This document shows, piece by piece, positions 17,001 through 25,669 of a stretch of 28,501 bases of DNA (the first letter of the stretch is position 1; every line of letters starts with the position of its first letter). The notes beneath the pieces were generated by a model. It saw only the letters and a program-made list of their open reading frames with translations. It was not told the DNA's origin and did not search any database. The translations under genes and the position numbers were made by a program. Origin of the DNA: an uncultured Myxococcales bacterium (lineage in GTDB: Bacteria; Myxococcota; UBA4151); assembly GCA_964013405.1 (NCBI GenBank), contig CAXGWI010000030.1, positions 1 to 28,501 of the forward strand, in the 5' to 3' direction.

Positions 17001-17684
17001 ACCTTCCAAACGCCTCGCAAGCCTTGGTTTAACCAACGTGGGGAGCACATCAGCACAGGGCACGGACAGTTGCTCTGTGGTGATCCCCGGTGGCCTGTTG
17101 CGATGGATTGGCACAAGGCGCGAGATTATTGTCGCTGGCACGGTGGGGATCTCCCCACGGAGGCGCAGTGGGAATATGCCGCTCGGAACCTGGGTCAAAA
17201 CATCAAATATCCGTGGGGCAACTTACCTCGGATCACGGCAAGCTATAGTGGTGGGCAAGTGGCTTGTGAATACGCCCATACAAGTGCTGACACTGCCCCT
17301 CAGAACTGCCCAGACTCCGGCATCAAACTTGAGGTCTGCTCGCGGCCATTGGGCAACACCGAGCAAGGCCTGTGTGATATGATCGGAAACATGTGGGAAT
17401 GGACTCTGGATGGCTACAGCGAAGGACATCGGGATGGCATCGATAATGATCGAGATGGTCATGTCGATGAGCGTAATGAACTCCTTGTGCCCAGCGCATC
17501 GGGTTTGCCACTGACGAGCCGCCCTTCATTCTGGTCCGGCAGCAGTTTGTATGTTGCCCGAGGCAGTTCCTCTGCCAATACGATTGGGTCGTACACGACC
17601 GGCCGATTGGGCCGGACGGCAACTTGGTTTCAGGGCCAAGCCAGTGTCGACTTCGGTTTCCGATGCGCGTGGCCTATCGAGTAG
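14091..17684 (+). CDS. Large lipoprotein (~1197 aa) with the same architecture as 10509-14048; paralogue B
   Basis: Lipobox LIAG|C. Colinear with paralogue A throughout (ARGEG..P.EG.FRT.H.W, DFGGSQF x4, RGWGARR, CGDG x2, FGE motifs ending GFRCAWP). GTG 14091 is preferred over TTG 14085 because GGGAG lies 8 nt upstream. Confidence 0.88.
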   Translation: MIIRRIAVPWVCILLIAGCSGESADLALGGESGRAPGELPGGTNGIDVGDLPADPFDEPCVEPLVHDPIAGYCVPARGEGLSPQEGPFRTRHRWLQEAQSAQEVIRYVVPGLPPGGTGAPESPLGSWAGATDNLPAGADVTFLVGRGRVDGTLELSGLGRVSVIGNAAAVTALRADNGPVLAAEEVGALRLWGLAIERVGDDPGPALELATTEAFLAGQIRLVSSSGDGIEFRGGGDGGLQISHSHFLAIAGDGLRGVEALGGWTIDETVFQGPFGGDGISLVDFGGSQFRFSNSELNNIGGDGISFVDFGGSQFLVDNGTLNSVSGDGISLVDFGGSQFRVMNSQFEGPIGGDGISLVDFGGSQFRSHQNRFASIDGSGISSRGGSGTFTIEESQMDGPIGRDGITIVGFSGARAHIGSIEMRTIGRVGISVRDALGWWTVDGANFHGPIGFDGLQFIGVGETGKRVKLTNLGGDGVGRVGMRLLDGLGWWTVDGANFRNTGQMAVQISGFSPEAAFDLHRLSVEGASGIGVMIDSTAASIELSDSDIDETATRPQGGAQAPGPALGYGLLAKDVGQLAVRRSQFRGNGGTAIVVDCRGWGARRRRGDLQGSVRLELDDLVVEDSEGTPVGGSAMRTQNMPAGTEVWVDGTLRREQYEDAAQEEMPELEMGLPGCGDGVVDEMIEECDDGNDSDNDACTANCFLNVCGDGLHHVGFEECDDGNEVHHGDGCNNDCEAGDRVVIPGGSFVYGTISNAFNGLPETQVDGFFMNRHEVTCEEFGAYWSASGSTRVVLSDGNNGAGDHSWYLDPHEGVVPTGWPFATFDAASPPEDAASMLSTPAQEAVFPQNNVVAGEGERWEKYYLFRRFRHNRRISGGFIDVHHPGAAIRVYLAGQLIHQAGWPEAGDNSPLVPESTNGMSRILLKDEAIEHHNDHWGAWKYIAIELRPFPPGDGHDQLAFALTYKVWNQTFQTPRKPWFNQRGEHISTGHGQLLCGDPRWPVAMDWHKARDYCRWHGGDLPTEAQWEYAARNLGQNIKYPWGNLPRITASYSGGQVACEYAHTSADTAPQNCPDSGIKLEVCSRPLGNTEQGLCDMIGNMWEWTLDGYSEGHRDGIDNDRDGHVDERNELLVPSASGLPLTSRPSFWSGSSLYVARGSSSANTIGSYTTGRLGRTATWFQGQASVDFGFRCAWPIE
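14922..15191 (+). repeat. Four in-frame coding repeats (75/75/78-nt period) encoding DGIS[LF]VDFGGSQF
   Basis: Units start at 14922, 14997, 15072 and 15150. Confidence 0.95.
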
Positions 17685-17716
17685 TCGGATCCCCCGACCG
17701 GTGAGACTACAGGCCT

Positions 17717-18124
17717 TCACTCTCTTGGGGGGGTCATGGCCTGATGACGATCTCTTCCTCGTTGTGCTTCCCGGCGACGCATCCACTGACCGATGCCGAT
17801 GGCAGCCAGCCACGCGCTGGCGAGAGAGAGCCCGCCGATCTCCCGGCCGAGTTCGATGCCTGGCGATTCGGCCTGCATGGACTGGGCAAGATGGGCCCAA
17901 TCGAGAAATTGGTGATGTGCTTGGGCAAGATGACCGGCCCAGCCGGCCCCGATGGCTGCTACGGCAACGCAAAAGAATGGACCCAGGCGTGCGGTATAGG
18001 AAAAGCCAGCGAGGGCGGCGCAACCATAGAAGGCGATCCAGGGCAGGGGGTCTGGGTCATTGTACTGCAGTGCGGCAGAAAGGCCCATCAGTGCGCTGAC
18101 GACCAAGTTCAATTTCGCCCACAT
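17717..18124 (-). CDS. Transmembrane 220 (TMEM220) family protein
   Basis: Family signature A.LQYNDPDP..W...Y and C-terminal E.GRE..GL, with about four hydrophobic helices. Confidence 0.8.
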   Translation of the reverse strand: MWAKLNLVVSALMGLSAALQYNDPDPLPWIAFYGCAALAGFSYTARLGPFFCVAVAAIGAGWAGHLAQAHHQFLDWAHLAQSMQAESPGIELGREIGGLSLASAWLAAIGIGQWMRRREAQRGRDRHQAMTPPRE

Positions 18125-18207
18125 GGTGATGGCCCCCGAACCTTCAAGGTTGAGAGGCCATATGGATCTCGTGGTGACAAGTCCTGGTCGCTAGCTTAGG
18201 TGCCGGT

Positions 18208-19314
18208 ATGGCTCGCATCCTCCATTTAAGCACCGTTCATCCGGCCAGTGACCCTCGGATTCTTGAAAAGGAAGCAGCTTCCATGGCTGCGGCTGGGCAC
18301 GATGTGACGGTTTTGGCTCGGTTTGCCGAGGGGGCAATGGCTCGGGGGCGTGCGCTGGGCCTGCGGGTTGAAACCCTCGCCCAGCAAAGGAGTCGTCGAG
18401 GACGCCTGCTAGACCAGTTGGGGCTTGATGCCCGTATCGCTCGTCTGCGCCCCGACTTGGTTTTTATTCATGACCCTGAACTCCTGCCCTTTGCCAATTG
18501 GCTGAAGCGAAGGGGCTATGGAGTGGTCTACGATGCCCACGAGGACCTACCGTTGCAGTTGTTGTCCAAGCCGTGGTTGCCGGCCTGGGCCCGAATGCCC
18601 GCAGCCATGGCAACGGTAGTGGCGCAAAAACCACTGCTGGCTCGGCTTGATGGTCGTCTCGCCGCCACTCAGCCCGTGGCCGAGAGTCTTGGGCTGCCTG
18701 CGACGGTCGTGCGTAATTTTCCTGATCTGCGCCAGTTCCCGAAACCGGTGGCGCAAAAGGAGAGGCAGAAGCTTTTGGTCTATGTGGGTGGGCTCTCGGA
18801 GATCCGTGGCCTGCGGGAGATGATGGCGCTCCTTCAAAGCCTCCCTGATTATCGCCTTCGGTTGGTGGGGGCCTGGGGCTCCGAGGCCTTACGGCGTTGG
18901 GCTGAGCAGCATCCAGCTTGGTCGCGCGTCGAAGCCACGGGGCCTTTGACCCATCAGGAGGCCCTTGAGGCCATCGCACCCGCTCGGCTGGGACTCTGTC
19001 TCTTACAGCCTCGCCCAAACTACCTAGAAGCATTGCCCACCAAGCTCTTCGAATACATGGCCCTGGGGATCCCCGTACTCGCCAGTAACTTTCCCTTGTG
19101 GCGAGACATCGTGGAAGGTGCCGACTGCGGTGGCGTCGCGGACCCAAGCAAGCCGGACCAGGTACTGGCCGCTGCTCAGACCATACTGAAGGCGAGAGGC
19201 CAAGGCCGGCGGGGGCGCATTGCCGTGCGCGATCAATACTCCTGGCAAGCCGAGTCAGAGCACCTTGTTGCCTTTGTCGACGACCTTTTGGCGCTGCGCG
19301 TTAACTCCGGTTGA
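18208..19314 (+). CDS. Glycosyltransferase family 4 (GT-B fold)
   Basis: HLSTVH...DPRI..KE, HDPEL, YDAHED, YVGGL...RG, P.KLFEYMALGIPVLASNFP and YSW. A TAGCTT -10-like hexamer at 18192-18197 is 10 nt before the ATG, suggesting a short leader. Confidence 0.93.
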   Translation: MARILHLSTVHPASDPRILEKEAASMAAAGHDVTVLARFAEGAMARGRALGLRVETLAQQRSRRGRLLDQLGLDARIARLRPDLVFIHDPELLPFANWLKRRGYGVVYDAHEDLPLQLLSKPWLPAWARMPAAMATVVAQKPLLARLDGRLAATQPVAESLGLPATVVRNFPDLRQFPKPVAQKERQKLLVYVGGLSEIRGLREMMALLQSLPDYRLRLVGAWGSEALRRWAEQHPAWSRVEATGPLTHQEALEAIAPARLGLCLLQPRPNYLEALPTKLFEYMALGIPVLASNFPLWRDIVEGADCGGVADPSKPDQVLAAAQTILKARGQGRRGRIAVRDQYSWQAESEHLVAFVDDLLALRVNSG

Positions 19315-19346
19315 TTTGGGCTGAGCGTCCGCGGGAGGGTGTGGCT

Positions 19347-19598
19347 TTACTGGTGTCTTAGGACCCGTTGCATCTCGTCTTTGAGGCTGCCGTTTTCTGC
19401 GGCTTCCTGGTCGACCTTTTGCTGTACAGACAGACTGACGTGGTCGATCACCCGTCGCGCCCGGGCTCGATCATTGGCCAATCGCCGGGCTCGACTATCG
19501 TAACGCTGCTCTGTTGCAGCCTCGCGCTGAGCACGCAATTCGGCGATGCGAATGTAGGGGGCCGCTGAAGGGCCGTAGCTGACGCCTGGAAATGCCAT
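19347..19598 (-). CDS. Small hypothetical protein (83 aa, charged, helical)
   Basis: Fills the gap between the GT4 and GH13 genes. ATG at 19598 is preceded by GGAG and a sigma54-like motif. Confidence 0.55.
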   Translation of the reverse strand: MAFPGVSYGPSAAPYIRIAELRAQREAATEQRYDSRARRLANDRARARRVIDHVSLSVQQKVDQEAAENGSLKDEMQRVLRHQ

Positions 19599-19607
19599 CG
19601 GGACTCC

Positions 19608-19623
19608 AGCTACAAGAATGCCA
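19608..19623 (-). promoter_or_regulatory. Candidate sigma54 promoter (TGGCATTCTTGTAGCT) for the 83-aa ORF
   Basis: TGGCA-T with exact GG-N10-GC spacing. The -12 box is TAGCT rather than TTGCW. Confidence 0.4.
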
Positions 19624-19663
19624 CAGATTGGCAGCAACAGCCAAAGGCTGGCAAACCCCCATC

Positions 19664-21961
19664 ATGAAGACACATTTCTTACTCCCGCTGCTCCTGTTCA
19701 TTGCCTGCGATGGTGAGCCGGTCAGCCCCCCAGATACGGGTTGGGGCACAGACGCCGGTCAGCGCCTTGATGGTGGCGATGGGCCTAACCCAGTCACCGA
19801 TGGGGGGGCAGCACCGGTTGCTGATGCCGGGCCTGGTGAATGTGGTGCGGTGACCTTCTTTCTCGATACCCGTTCCTGGGATGAGCAGCCCCAGCAGGTC
19901 TTGGTGGCCGGCAGCTTTAATGACTGGGATGGCAGTGAGCACGCCATGCTCCTCGGTGATGAAGGCCTGTATCAGATCCTTTGGGATGGCCCCCCCGGGC
20001 GCTATGCCTACAAGTTTGTCGCCGATGGACGCTGGATTCGAGACCCGCACAATCCTCGTATCATCGATGATGGTGAGGGGAACGCGAACAGTCTACTCGT
20101 TCATGACTGCGAGCCCCGGCTTGAGTCGCTCTACCTGCTGGGTAAAACGCCCAGTGCTGTGGGCTGGCGACTGAACTTCTTTGCGCCGGGTCTGGACGCA
20201 TTGGCGTGGAGCCTAAACCGGGTGGCCCTAGCCGAGGAATCCATCCTGCGGACGGCGACAACGCAACAACTGAATCTCAATTTGGTCGACGGGCAGATCC
20301 ATGAAATCCGGGCGAAGTTGGGCGAAGCCCAGCGTTTGATTCATTTCAGCGAGGGCGTCAGTGAGGATTGGCGCAACAGCCTTCTCTACTATGCGGTTAC
20401 CGATCGCTTTCGCAACGGCGAGCCGGACAACGACAGTCCGATCGCCGATGTCCCCCAAATCACCAATTATCGAGGCGGGGATTTCGCAGGCCTGACCCAG
20501 GCTTTGGAGGAGGGGTATTTTACCGATCTCGGTGTGGGCGCGATCTGGATCACCTGGCCCCTCGACAACCCAGAAGAGGCAGAGACCAGTTCGATCGTGG
20601 ATGTCGACCCCTTCGAGCGCCAGTGCAATGTGAATCCCTATGATCGAGGTCTACCTCGTCAGGATCGAAGGTTCTCTGGCTTCCACGGCTATTGGCCCAA
20701 GGACTTCTCTACCCTGGAAGAGCACTTTGGGACCGTCGCTGAACTGGAGCGGTTTGTCGCCGCCGCCCATGCCCGCGGCATTCGGGTTATGTTCGACCTC
20801 ACCGCGAACCACGTGCATATCAGTGGTTCCGTTTATCGGGATCATCAGGCCGATGGCTGGTTCAATGAGCCCGCGCGGGTCTGTGGCTGGGAAGCTGATT
20901 GGGAGCTTGAGGGCGAGACCTGTTGGTTTACCCCCCAACTCCCCGACTTAGCGCTGCAGCGCCCGGAGGTGCGTGAGGCCCTCCTTGATGCCGTCTTCTC
21001 TCTGGTGGAGCAAACCGGTGCGGATGGGTTCCGTGTGGATGCGGTCAAGCACCTCCCCCGGGTGTTTTTACGGGATCTCCGTCAGGGCGTGCGGGCCCGC
21101 TTTGAGGGGGGAGGAACCGGCTCCTTTCTGACCTTGGGCGAAACCTTCAGTGGGGATGCTGCTTCGGTCGCCGCCTACGTGGGCGAAGACGCCATGCACG
21201 GTCAGTTTGACTTCCCGCTCAACATGGCCCTGTTGGAAGCTTTTGCCCTTGGTCAAATCGGGATGCGCCAACTGCATGAGCGAGTTGTAGGGATCCAAAA
21301 TGCCTATGGAGGGGCGCCGATGAGCCCCTTTGCGGGTAACCACGATATCGCTCGCTTTGTGAGCTTGGCCGAGGGTGGGTTATGCGGCGCTTGGAACATG
21401 GGCGCGAACCAGGCCATCGCCTGGCAGGATCCCCCGGCGCCGCCGGCCACCGATTTACCCTACCTCCGCCTACAGCAGGCCCTGACCTATGCCTATTTCA
21501 TCCCCGGCGTGCCGCTGCTTTATTACGGTGATGAGTTCGGCATGCCCGGGGCTGGAGATCCGGACAATCGCCGCATGATGCGCTTCGGGGCTGAACTCAA
21601 CGAGCGAGAAGCGCGCACGTTAAGGTTCGTGCAGGACCTTGGTCAGGCCCGGCAAGCGATCTTGAGAGAAGGGGCAGGCTTCCACGAGGCCTGGCGCCGG
21701 GAGTGGTGGTGGGATGGACAGGTTCTCGTGTTTGCGCCCACGCCCGATAGTTTTGTGGCTTTGAACCGGGGACCTGCGCGGCGGATCGAGTTGTCGCTGG
21801 ATCCGGATCAAAACGTTGCGGCTGGTGGTGCGTGGTCTCGTGTTGTCTGCGGGGGGCAGGACTGTGGGGGGCGCACGGAGGCATTGGAACATCGCCATGG
21901 CTCCGGTCAGACCCTCGATCTACCCACTGAATCGGCGAGCATCTGGCGGCATCGTCGATGA
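19664..21961 (+). CDS. Alpha-amylase family (GH13) lipoprotein with an N-terminal CBM48/AMPK-type glycogen-binding domain
   Basis: Lipobox LFIA|C. CBM48 motifs VAGSFNDW and YKFVADGRW..DP.NP. GH13 regions TDRFRNG, GGDFAG, FHGYW, DLTANH, GFRVDAVKH (nucleophile), LGETF (acid/base), GNHD and GVPLLYYGDEFG. Start set at ATG 19664 so the protein begins with the signal peptide. Confidence 0.93.
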   Translation: MKTHFLLPLLLFIACDGEPVSPPDTGWGTDAGQRLDGGDGPNPVTDGGAAPVADAGPGECGAVTFFLDTRSWDEQPQQVLVAGSFNDWDGSEHAMLLGDEGLYQILWDGPPGRYAYKFVADGRWIRDPHNPRIIDDGEGNANSLLVHDCEPRLESLYLLGKTPSAVGWRLNFFAPGLDALAWSLNRVALAEESILRTATTQQLNLNLVDGQIHEIRAKLGEAQRLIHFSEGVSEDWRNSLLYYAVTDRFRNGEPDNDSPIADVPQITNYRGGDFAGLTQALEEGYFTDLGVGAIWITWPLDNPEEAETSSIVDVDPFERQCNVNPYDRGLPRQDRRFSGFHGYWPKDFSTLEEHFGTVAELERFVAAAHARGIRVMFDLTANHVHISGSVYRDHQADGWFNEPARVCGWEADWELEGETCWFTPQLPDLALQRPEVREALLDAVFSLVEQTGADGFRVDAVKHLPRVFLRDLRQGVRARFEGGGTGSFLTLGETFSGDAASVAAYVGEDAMHGQFDFPLNMALLEAFALGQIGMRQLHERVVGIQNAYGGAPMSPFAGNHDIARFVSLAEGGLCGAWNMGANQAIAWQDPPAPPATDLPYLRLQQALTYAYFIPGVPLLYYGDEFGMPGAGDPDNRRMMRFGAELNEREARTLRFVQDLGQARQAILREGAGFHEAWRREWWWDGQVLVFAPTPDSFVALNRGPARRIELSLDPDQNVAAGGAWSRVVCGGQDCGGRTEALEHRHGSGQTLDLPTESASIWRHRR

Positions 21962-23430
21962 TCAAGCGCTGCACCGGGCCGATCCCGCTGGCCTTGGCCC
22001 TCTTGAACCTGGGCTGTCCTGGCCCGGCGCCCCTAGAGGGTGAGCGCTTGGTCGATAGCGGGGCGGAAGTCAGGGCCGACAGCGGTCGACTGCGGTGGGA
22101 TGCCGGGCCTAAATCGGAGGCCGGTCCGCGGCAAGACGGCGGACAGGCCCAGGATGCCAGTGTCCGGGATCTTGGCCTGACCGACGCCGGTCGCCCTCTG
22201 ATTGATGCTTCGGTCCTCGATATCGGCCCAGCGATCGCTACGGACGCCGGCCCGGCGGACCTTGGTCCCCCCGCAAGGCCTGATGGTGGGCCCGTCTGGG
22301 CCTGTGGTCCCCTGCCCATGAGCTGCCCTGAGCTGCGGACTCAGCATCATCGTATGACCAGCACGTCAGGCTGCCGCTTTGCCTTGGAACCACCCGATTG
22401 GGAGGGGGGTAACCGGCTGGTTGAGCGCTTGGTTCAGCGGGTGGGCAGCCGCCGCTCCATGGGGGAGATGCTCAGCGACCTGAACCGGGTGGGGCGTAGC
22501 CTAGGTGGCTGGTACTTGGGGCGCTCCATCGTGGGTGCGGAGGGCTTTCGCTGGAACAGCGGCGATGATGATGTGCGCTACTGGATGCCCCAGGGCGTTT
22601 CGGGGAGTTCGGATGCTTGGGCCCTTGGCCGAGTGAATGGGCGCCGGATCATCGCGGTGGCTTGGTACGACAACGGTGAGGGGGCCGGGGCGAACCGGGG
22701 CGTCCGGGTGACTTTTGCTGATCATACGCTGGGTACGGTCCGCTACCGGCACGCCTTGTTGGTGGAGCCGCTGCCAACGGCCATCCCGAACTTTCGGGGC
22801 ATCGATTCCCATGCCGGGGGCATCGTTTGGTACGGAAACTATTTGTATGTGGCTCAGACCCGAGTCGGTTTCCGGGTCTTTGATCTCAACAACATCATGC
22901 AGGTGGAGACGGACCAAGACGAGATGGGATACGTCGATGGCCGTTATTATGCCCGCCGCTACAAATACATCATCCCCCAGATCGGTCTCTACCGTCTCCA
23001 CGAAGACAGTTGTGCGGTGAAGTTTAGCTTTGTCGCGCTCGATCGAAGCACGATGCCCCACCGGTTTTTGAGTGGCGAGTACCACGCGGGCGACCATTCA
23101 GGCCGGCTGATCCACTGGCGCATGGCACCAAATACCCACCGCTTGGAACTTCGAGAAGGTCTCGCACGGGGCGAAGGTGCCGCCTTGTCCGGTGAGACAA
23201 AGATGCAGGGGGCGGTGACCTATGAAGGACGCTGGTACATTAGCAGTTCCAGTCAGTTTCTGCGTTATGGGAAACTCTACACCACCGCGCCGGGCGAAGG
23301 GGCACCCAGCGAGCGGCCCTGGCCCTACGGACCAGAAGACCTCTACATCGAGCGGGATCGAGATCGTATTTGGACCGCCACCGAGTTCCGTGGCTACCGC
23401 AAGGTGATGAATCTGCGTCGAACGCCATAA
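21958..23430 (+). CDS. Uncharacterised lipoprotein: DAG-rich linker + beta-rich (probably propeller-like) domain
   Basis: Lipobox LNLG|C and an ATGA overlap with the GH13 gene. Motifs W.PQG, YRH.LLV.P, HAGG..WYG..LYVA.T..G.RVFDL, MQGA and GPEDL. Confidence 0.75.
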   Translation: MIKRCTGPIPLALALLNLGCPGPAPLEGERLVDSGAEVRADSGRLRWDAGPKSEAGPRQDGGQAQDASVRDLGLTDAGRPLIDASVLDIGPAIATDAGPADLGPPARPDGGPVWACGPLPMSCPELRTQHHRMTSTSGCRFALEPPDWEGGNRLVERLVQRVGSRRSMGEMLSDLNRVGRSLGGWYLGRSIVGAEGFRWNSGDDDVRYWMPQGVSGSSDAWALGRVNGRRIIAVAWYDNGEGAGANRGVRVTFADHTLGTVRYRHALLVEPLPTAIPNFRGIDSHAGGIVWYGNYLYVAQTRVGFRVFDLNNIMQVETDQDEMGYVDGRYYARRYKYIIPQIGLYRLHEDSCAVKFSFVALDRSTMPHRFLSGEYHAGDHSGRLIHWRMAPNTHRLELREGLARGEGAALSGETKMQGAVTYEGRWYISSSSQFLRYGKLYTTAPGEGAPSERPWPYGPEDLYIERDRDRIWTATEFRGYRKVMNLRRTP

Positions 23431-23452
23431 TTTCAAAAAGCCGCCAAGGTGC

Positions 23453-24427
23453 GTGTATCCTTGGTTCACGATTTCGGGGGATAGACTCGTAAACTACGTT
23501 GCCGCCATTTTGCTTCTTGCGACGTCGGGGGGCGTATCTGACGCGACTGAGGGCGCCGAGAAACACCAGGTGGTGGCGACAAGCTCTGCTGAGACTGAAG
23601 CCAATTCGGGTCAGGCTTCCTCACCGTCAGAGGTCGCTGCACCCTCGGTCCTAAGTTCGGAACCGTCGCGCGCCTCAGAAGCAGAGTCTGTTGCTCTTGA
23701 GGCTCCGCCCGATCGGTGGCCAGCGACCTTTCGATATGCCCGGGCCGGAGGAGCCGTCGGTGCTGCCGTGACTGCTATTGCCTTCGTACCCATCATCATT
23801 TCGGCCACTCAACCCTGCTCTGGGTTTATCTGCTTCTCGCCCCTGGAGGTCGCGACAGCAGGAGTCATCGTCAGCGCCATGATGGCCGTCGTCGGTGCGA
23901 CGGTTTACGGAGTCGTGGGGTACCGGAGTACAGAGGCGGTCGCTCGGCGCTACAACGAGCGATCCACCGATCCGGCACAGCGGCAGCCCGTCTCCCGCTA
24001 CGGCTGGATGCAGTTGCCGCTGGTTTTAGGGCCTTTCGCCACCGCTTACATGCAGTATGGTTATCGTGACGTCGGCTGGCGGCAGTGGCATGAAGGAGCG
24101 GAACATCCCTCCGTTGGCTTTTGGTCTCACTCGGGGAAGGCTGCCTCACTCATCCTTGCCGCCCAATCCGTCAGTTCAGCGTTTCTCTTTCATTGGGGAA
24201 GACCGATCGGTGCTGATGGTCAGCGTCAAAGTTCGTGGGGACAGGCGGCTCTGCTTGCCATGGGCAGCTTCGCTCTTGGTTTTTCATCTCCCGCTCTGAA
24301 TCGCCTGTCTCTCGGGGAACAGCCGGTTGAGTTTAAGCATCACCAGACCATTTGGAAGCAGGCAACAGTCCTTGCCGTCGCTGGCTTACTGGCGACGGAC
24401 TGGGGACTGTCTAAGCTCGCTGATTAA
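23453..24427 (+). CDS. Hypothetical multi-pass membrane protein (start uncertain)
   Basis: 324-codon ORF with a Ser/Ala/Glu-rich linker followed by several Gly/Ala-rich hydrophobic helices. No recognisable family. Confidence 0.6.
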   Translation: MYPWFTISGDRLVNYVAAILLLATSGGVSDATEGAEKHQVVATSSAETEANSGQASSPSEVAAPSVLSSEPSRASEAESVALEAPPDRWPATFRYARAGGAVGAAVTAIAFVPIIISATQPCSGFICFSPLEVATAGVIVSAMMAVVGATVYGVVGYRSTEAVARRYNERSTDPAQRQPVSRYGWMQLPLVLGPFATAYMQYGYRDVGWRQWHEGAEHPSVGFWSHSGKAASLILAAQSVSSAFLFHWGRPIGADGQRQSSWGQAALLAMGSFALGFSSPALNRLSLGEQPVEFKHHQTIWKQATVLAVAGLLATDWGLSKLAD

Positions 24428-25575
24428 AGGGGCTTGGGGGGCGCGATAAAGCGCCGGGGCCGAAAAATATCCAGAGCGCAGTTCGGGGCCTCACCTCGAG
24501 CGATCTGAGCGATGGCCTCTCCGAGCCCTGGCACCATTTTAAAGCCGTGCCCGCTGAGCCCTGCGGCCACCACCAAGCCCGGCTCGATCTCACCGACCAA
24601 AGGATGGAGATCTGGGCTCAAGGTGTACATGCACACCGCATGGTGGTTCAGTTGCTCAGTCTCCACATCGGGGAGATGCTTCTTGAGGAAAGCCTCCACG
24701 GGATCTCGGTCGTAGCTGTGGAGGTTGCGGTCGAGTTGCAGTGGATCGCTGACGTCTAAGCCCGCACTGTGACGAGCGGCCTTGAAGCCCATGCGGTCTC
24801 GGGTGGGAAAGCCGTAAAAGACGCCCCCTGGCAACTCGAAGAGCCAGACGGGAAAGCCACCGCGTTCAAGATACCGGGGCCCCGCTTCGTACCAAAGGAG
24901 CGGCTTGCGCTTCACCTGCAGGTGCTGGGCGAAGGTCTTTGGCAGGAGTTGGGAGGCCCAGGCCCCTGGGCAGAGCACCAATCGGGTGCATGTGAAGCGC
25001 TCCTCACCAAAAACCACCTCAAAGCCATCTCGGTGGGTGCCCCAGTGTGTGACTGCCGCACCCCAGCGTAGGTTGGCACCGGCGTTCGTGGCTTGGTCAA
25101 ACCAAGCCCGAACACAGTCTTCGACCAAGAGGTAACCACCATCTGGTTCGTAAACGCCCACGAGATTCGCCTCGTCGAGTCCCTTGATGCCGGGAAAGCG
25201 GGCTTCGACTTCTTGACCGGAGAGGGCTTCCACCTTCAGTTGGTGTTGGGCTGCGGCCCGTAAAACACCGGGAACGACTTCGCCGAACTCAGGTCCCAAC
25301 TCCAACACACCGCTTTGGAAAAAGAGCGATTGGCTGGTCTTCTCTTCGAGGGAAAACCAGCGCTCATAACTGCGATGGAGCAGGGGGACGTAATCGGGAT
25401 GTTCAAAGTATGCTTTACGAATCACCCGGGTGGCGCCGTGGGAGCTGCCCCGATCATGGCCGGGCTGAAAGCGGTCGAGGCCTAGGGTGCTTAGACCTGC
25501 AGCAGCCAGATCATGGCTGACCACCGTGCCCAGTCCACCCAGCCCCACGACGATCGCATCCCAATGTTGGGTCAT
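24424..25575 (-). CDS. solA: N-methyl-L-tryptophan oxidase / monomeric sarcosine oxidase family flavoenzyme (383 aa)
   Basis: Rossmann motif [23 protein letters not shown], covalent-FAD Cys motif VCMYT and GLSGHGFK. Start moved from 25863 to ATG 25575 (AGGAG upstream). Exact substrate unknown. Confidence 0.88.
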   Translation of the reverse strand: MTQHWDAIVVGLGGLGTVVSHDLAAAGLSTLGLDRFQPGHDRGSSHGATRVIRKAYFEHPDYVPLLHRSYERWFSLEEKTSQSLFFQSGVLELGPEFGEVVPGVLRAAAQHQLKVEALSGQEVEARFPGIKGLDEANLVGVYEPDGGYLLVEDCVRAWFDQATNAGANLRWGAAVTHWGTHRDGFEVVFGEERFTCTRLVLCPGAWASQLLPKTFAQHLQVKRKPLLWYEAGPRYLERGGFPVWLFELPGGVFYGFPTRDRMGFKAARHSAGLDVSDPLQLDRNLHSYDRDPVEAFLKKHLPDVETEQLNHHAVCMYTLSPDLHPLVGEIEPGLVVAAGLSGHGFKMVPGLGEAIAQIARGEAPNCALDIFRPRRFIAPPKPL

Positions 25576-25619
25576 CTTGCCGGTTCTCCTACGGGCCCTC
25601 TGCCTGCGTGGGCCAGGGA

Positions 25620-25649
25620 TTGGCAAGGGGGCTCGGCCTTGGCTAGCCT
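25620..25649 (+). promoter_or_regulatory. Candidate sigma70-type promoter (TTGGCA-N18-TAGCCT) for the second Cys-rich lipoprotein
   Basis: Intergenic, ending 20 nt before ATG 25670 and upstream of a GGAGG RBS. Confidence 0.35.
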
Positions 25650-25669
25650 GTGCCCCACGGAGGTCGTCC

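Noticed and set aside
10509..17684. Complete diversity-generating retroelement
   Set aside because: FGE/CLec target-like genes are present, but the window contains no reverse transcriptase, no avd-like gene and no adenine-variant template repeat.
19630..19663. c-di-GMP-I riboswitch suggested by GGCAAACC before the amylase gene
   Set aside because: The downstream GNRA stem and second hairpin are missing, and there is no room before the start codon.
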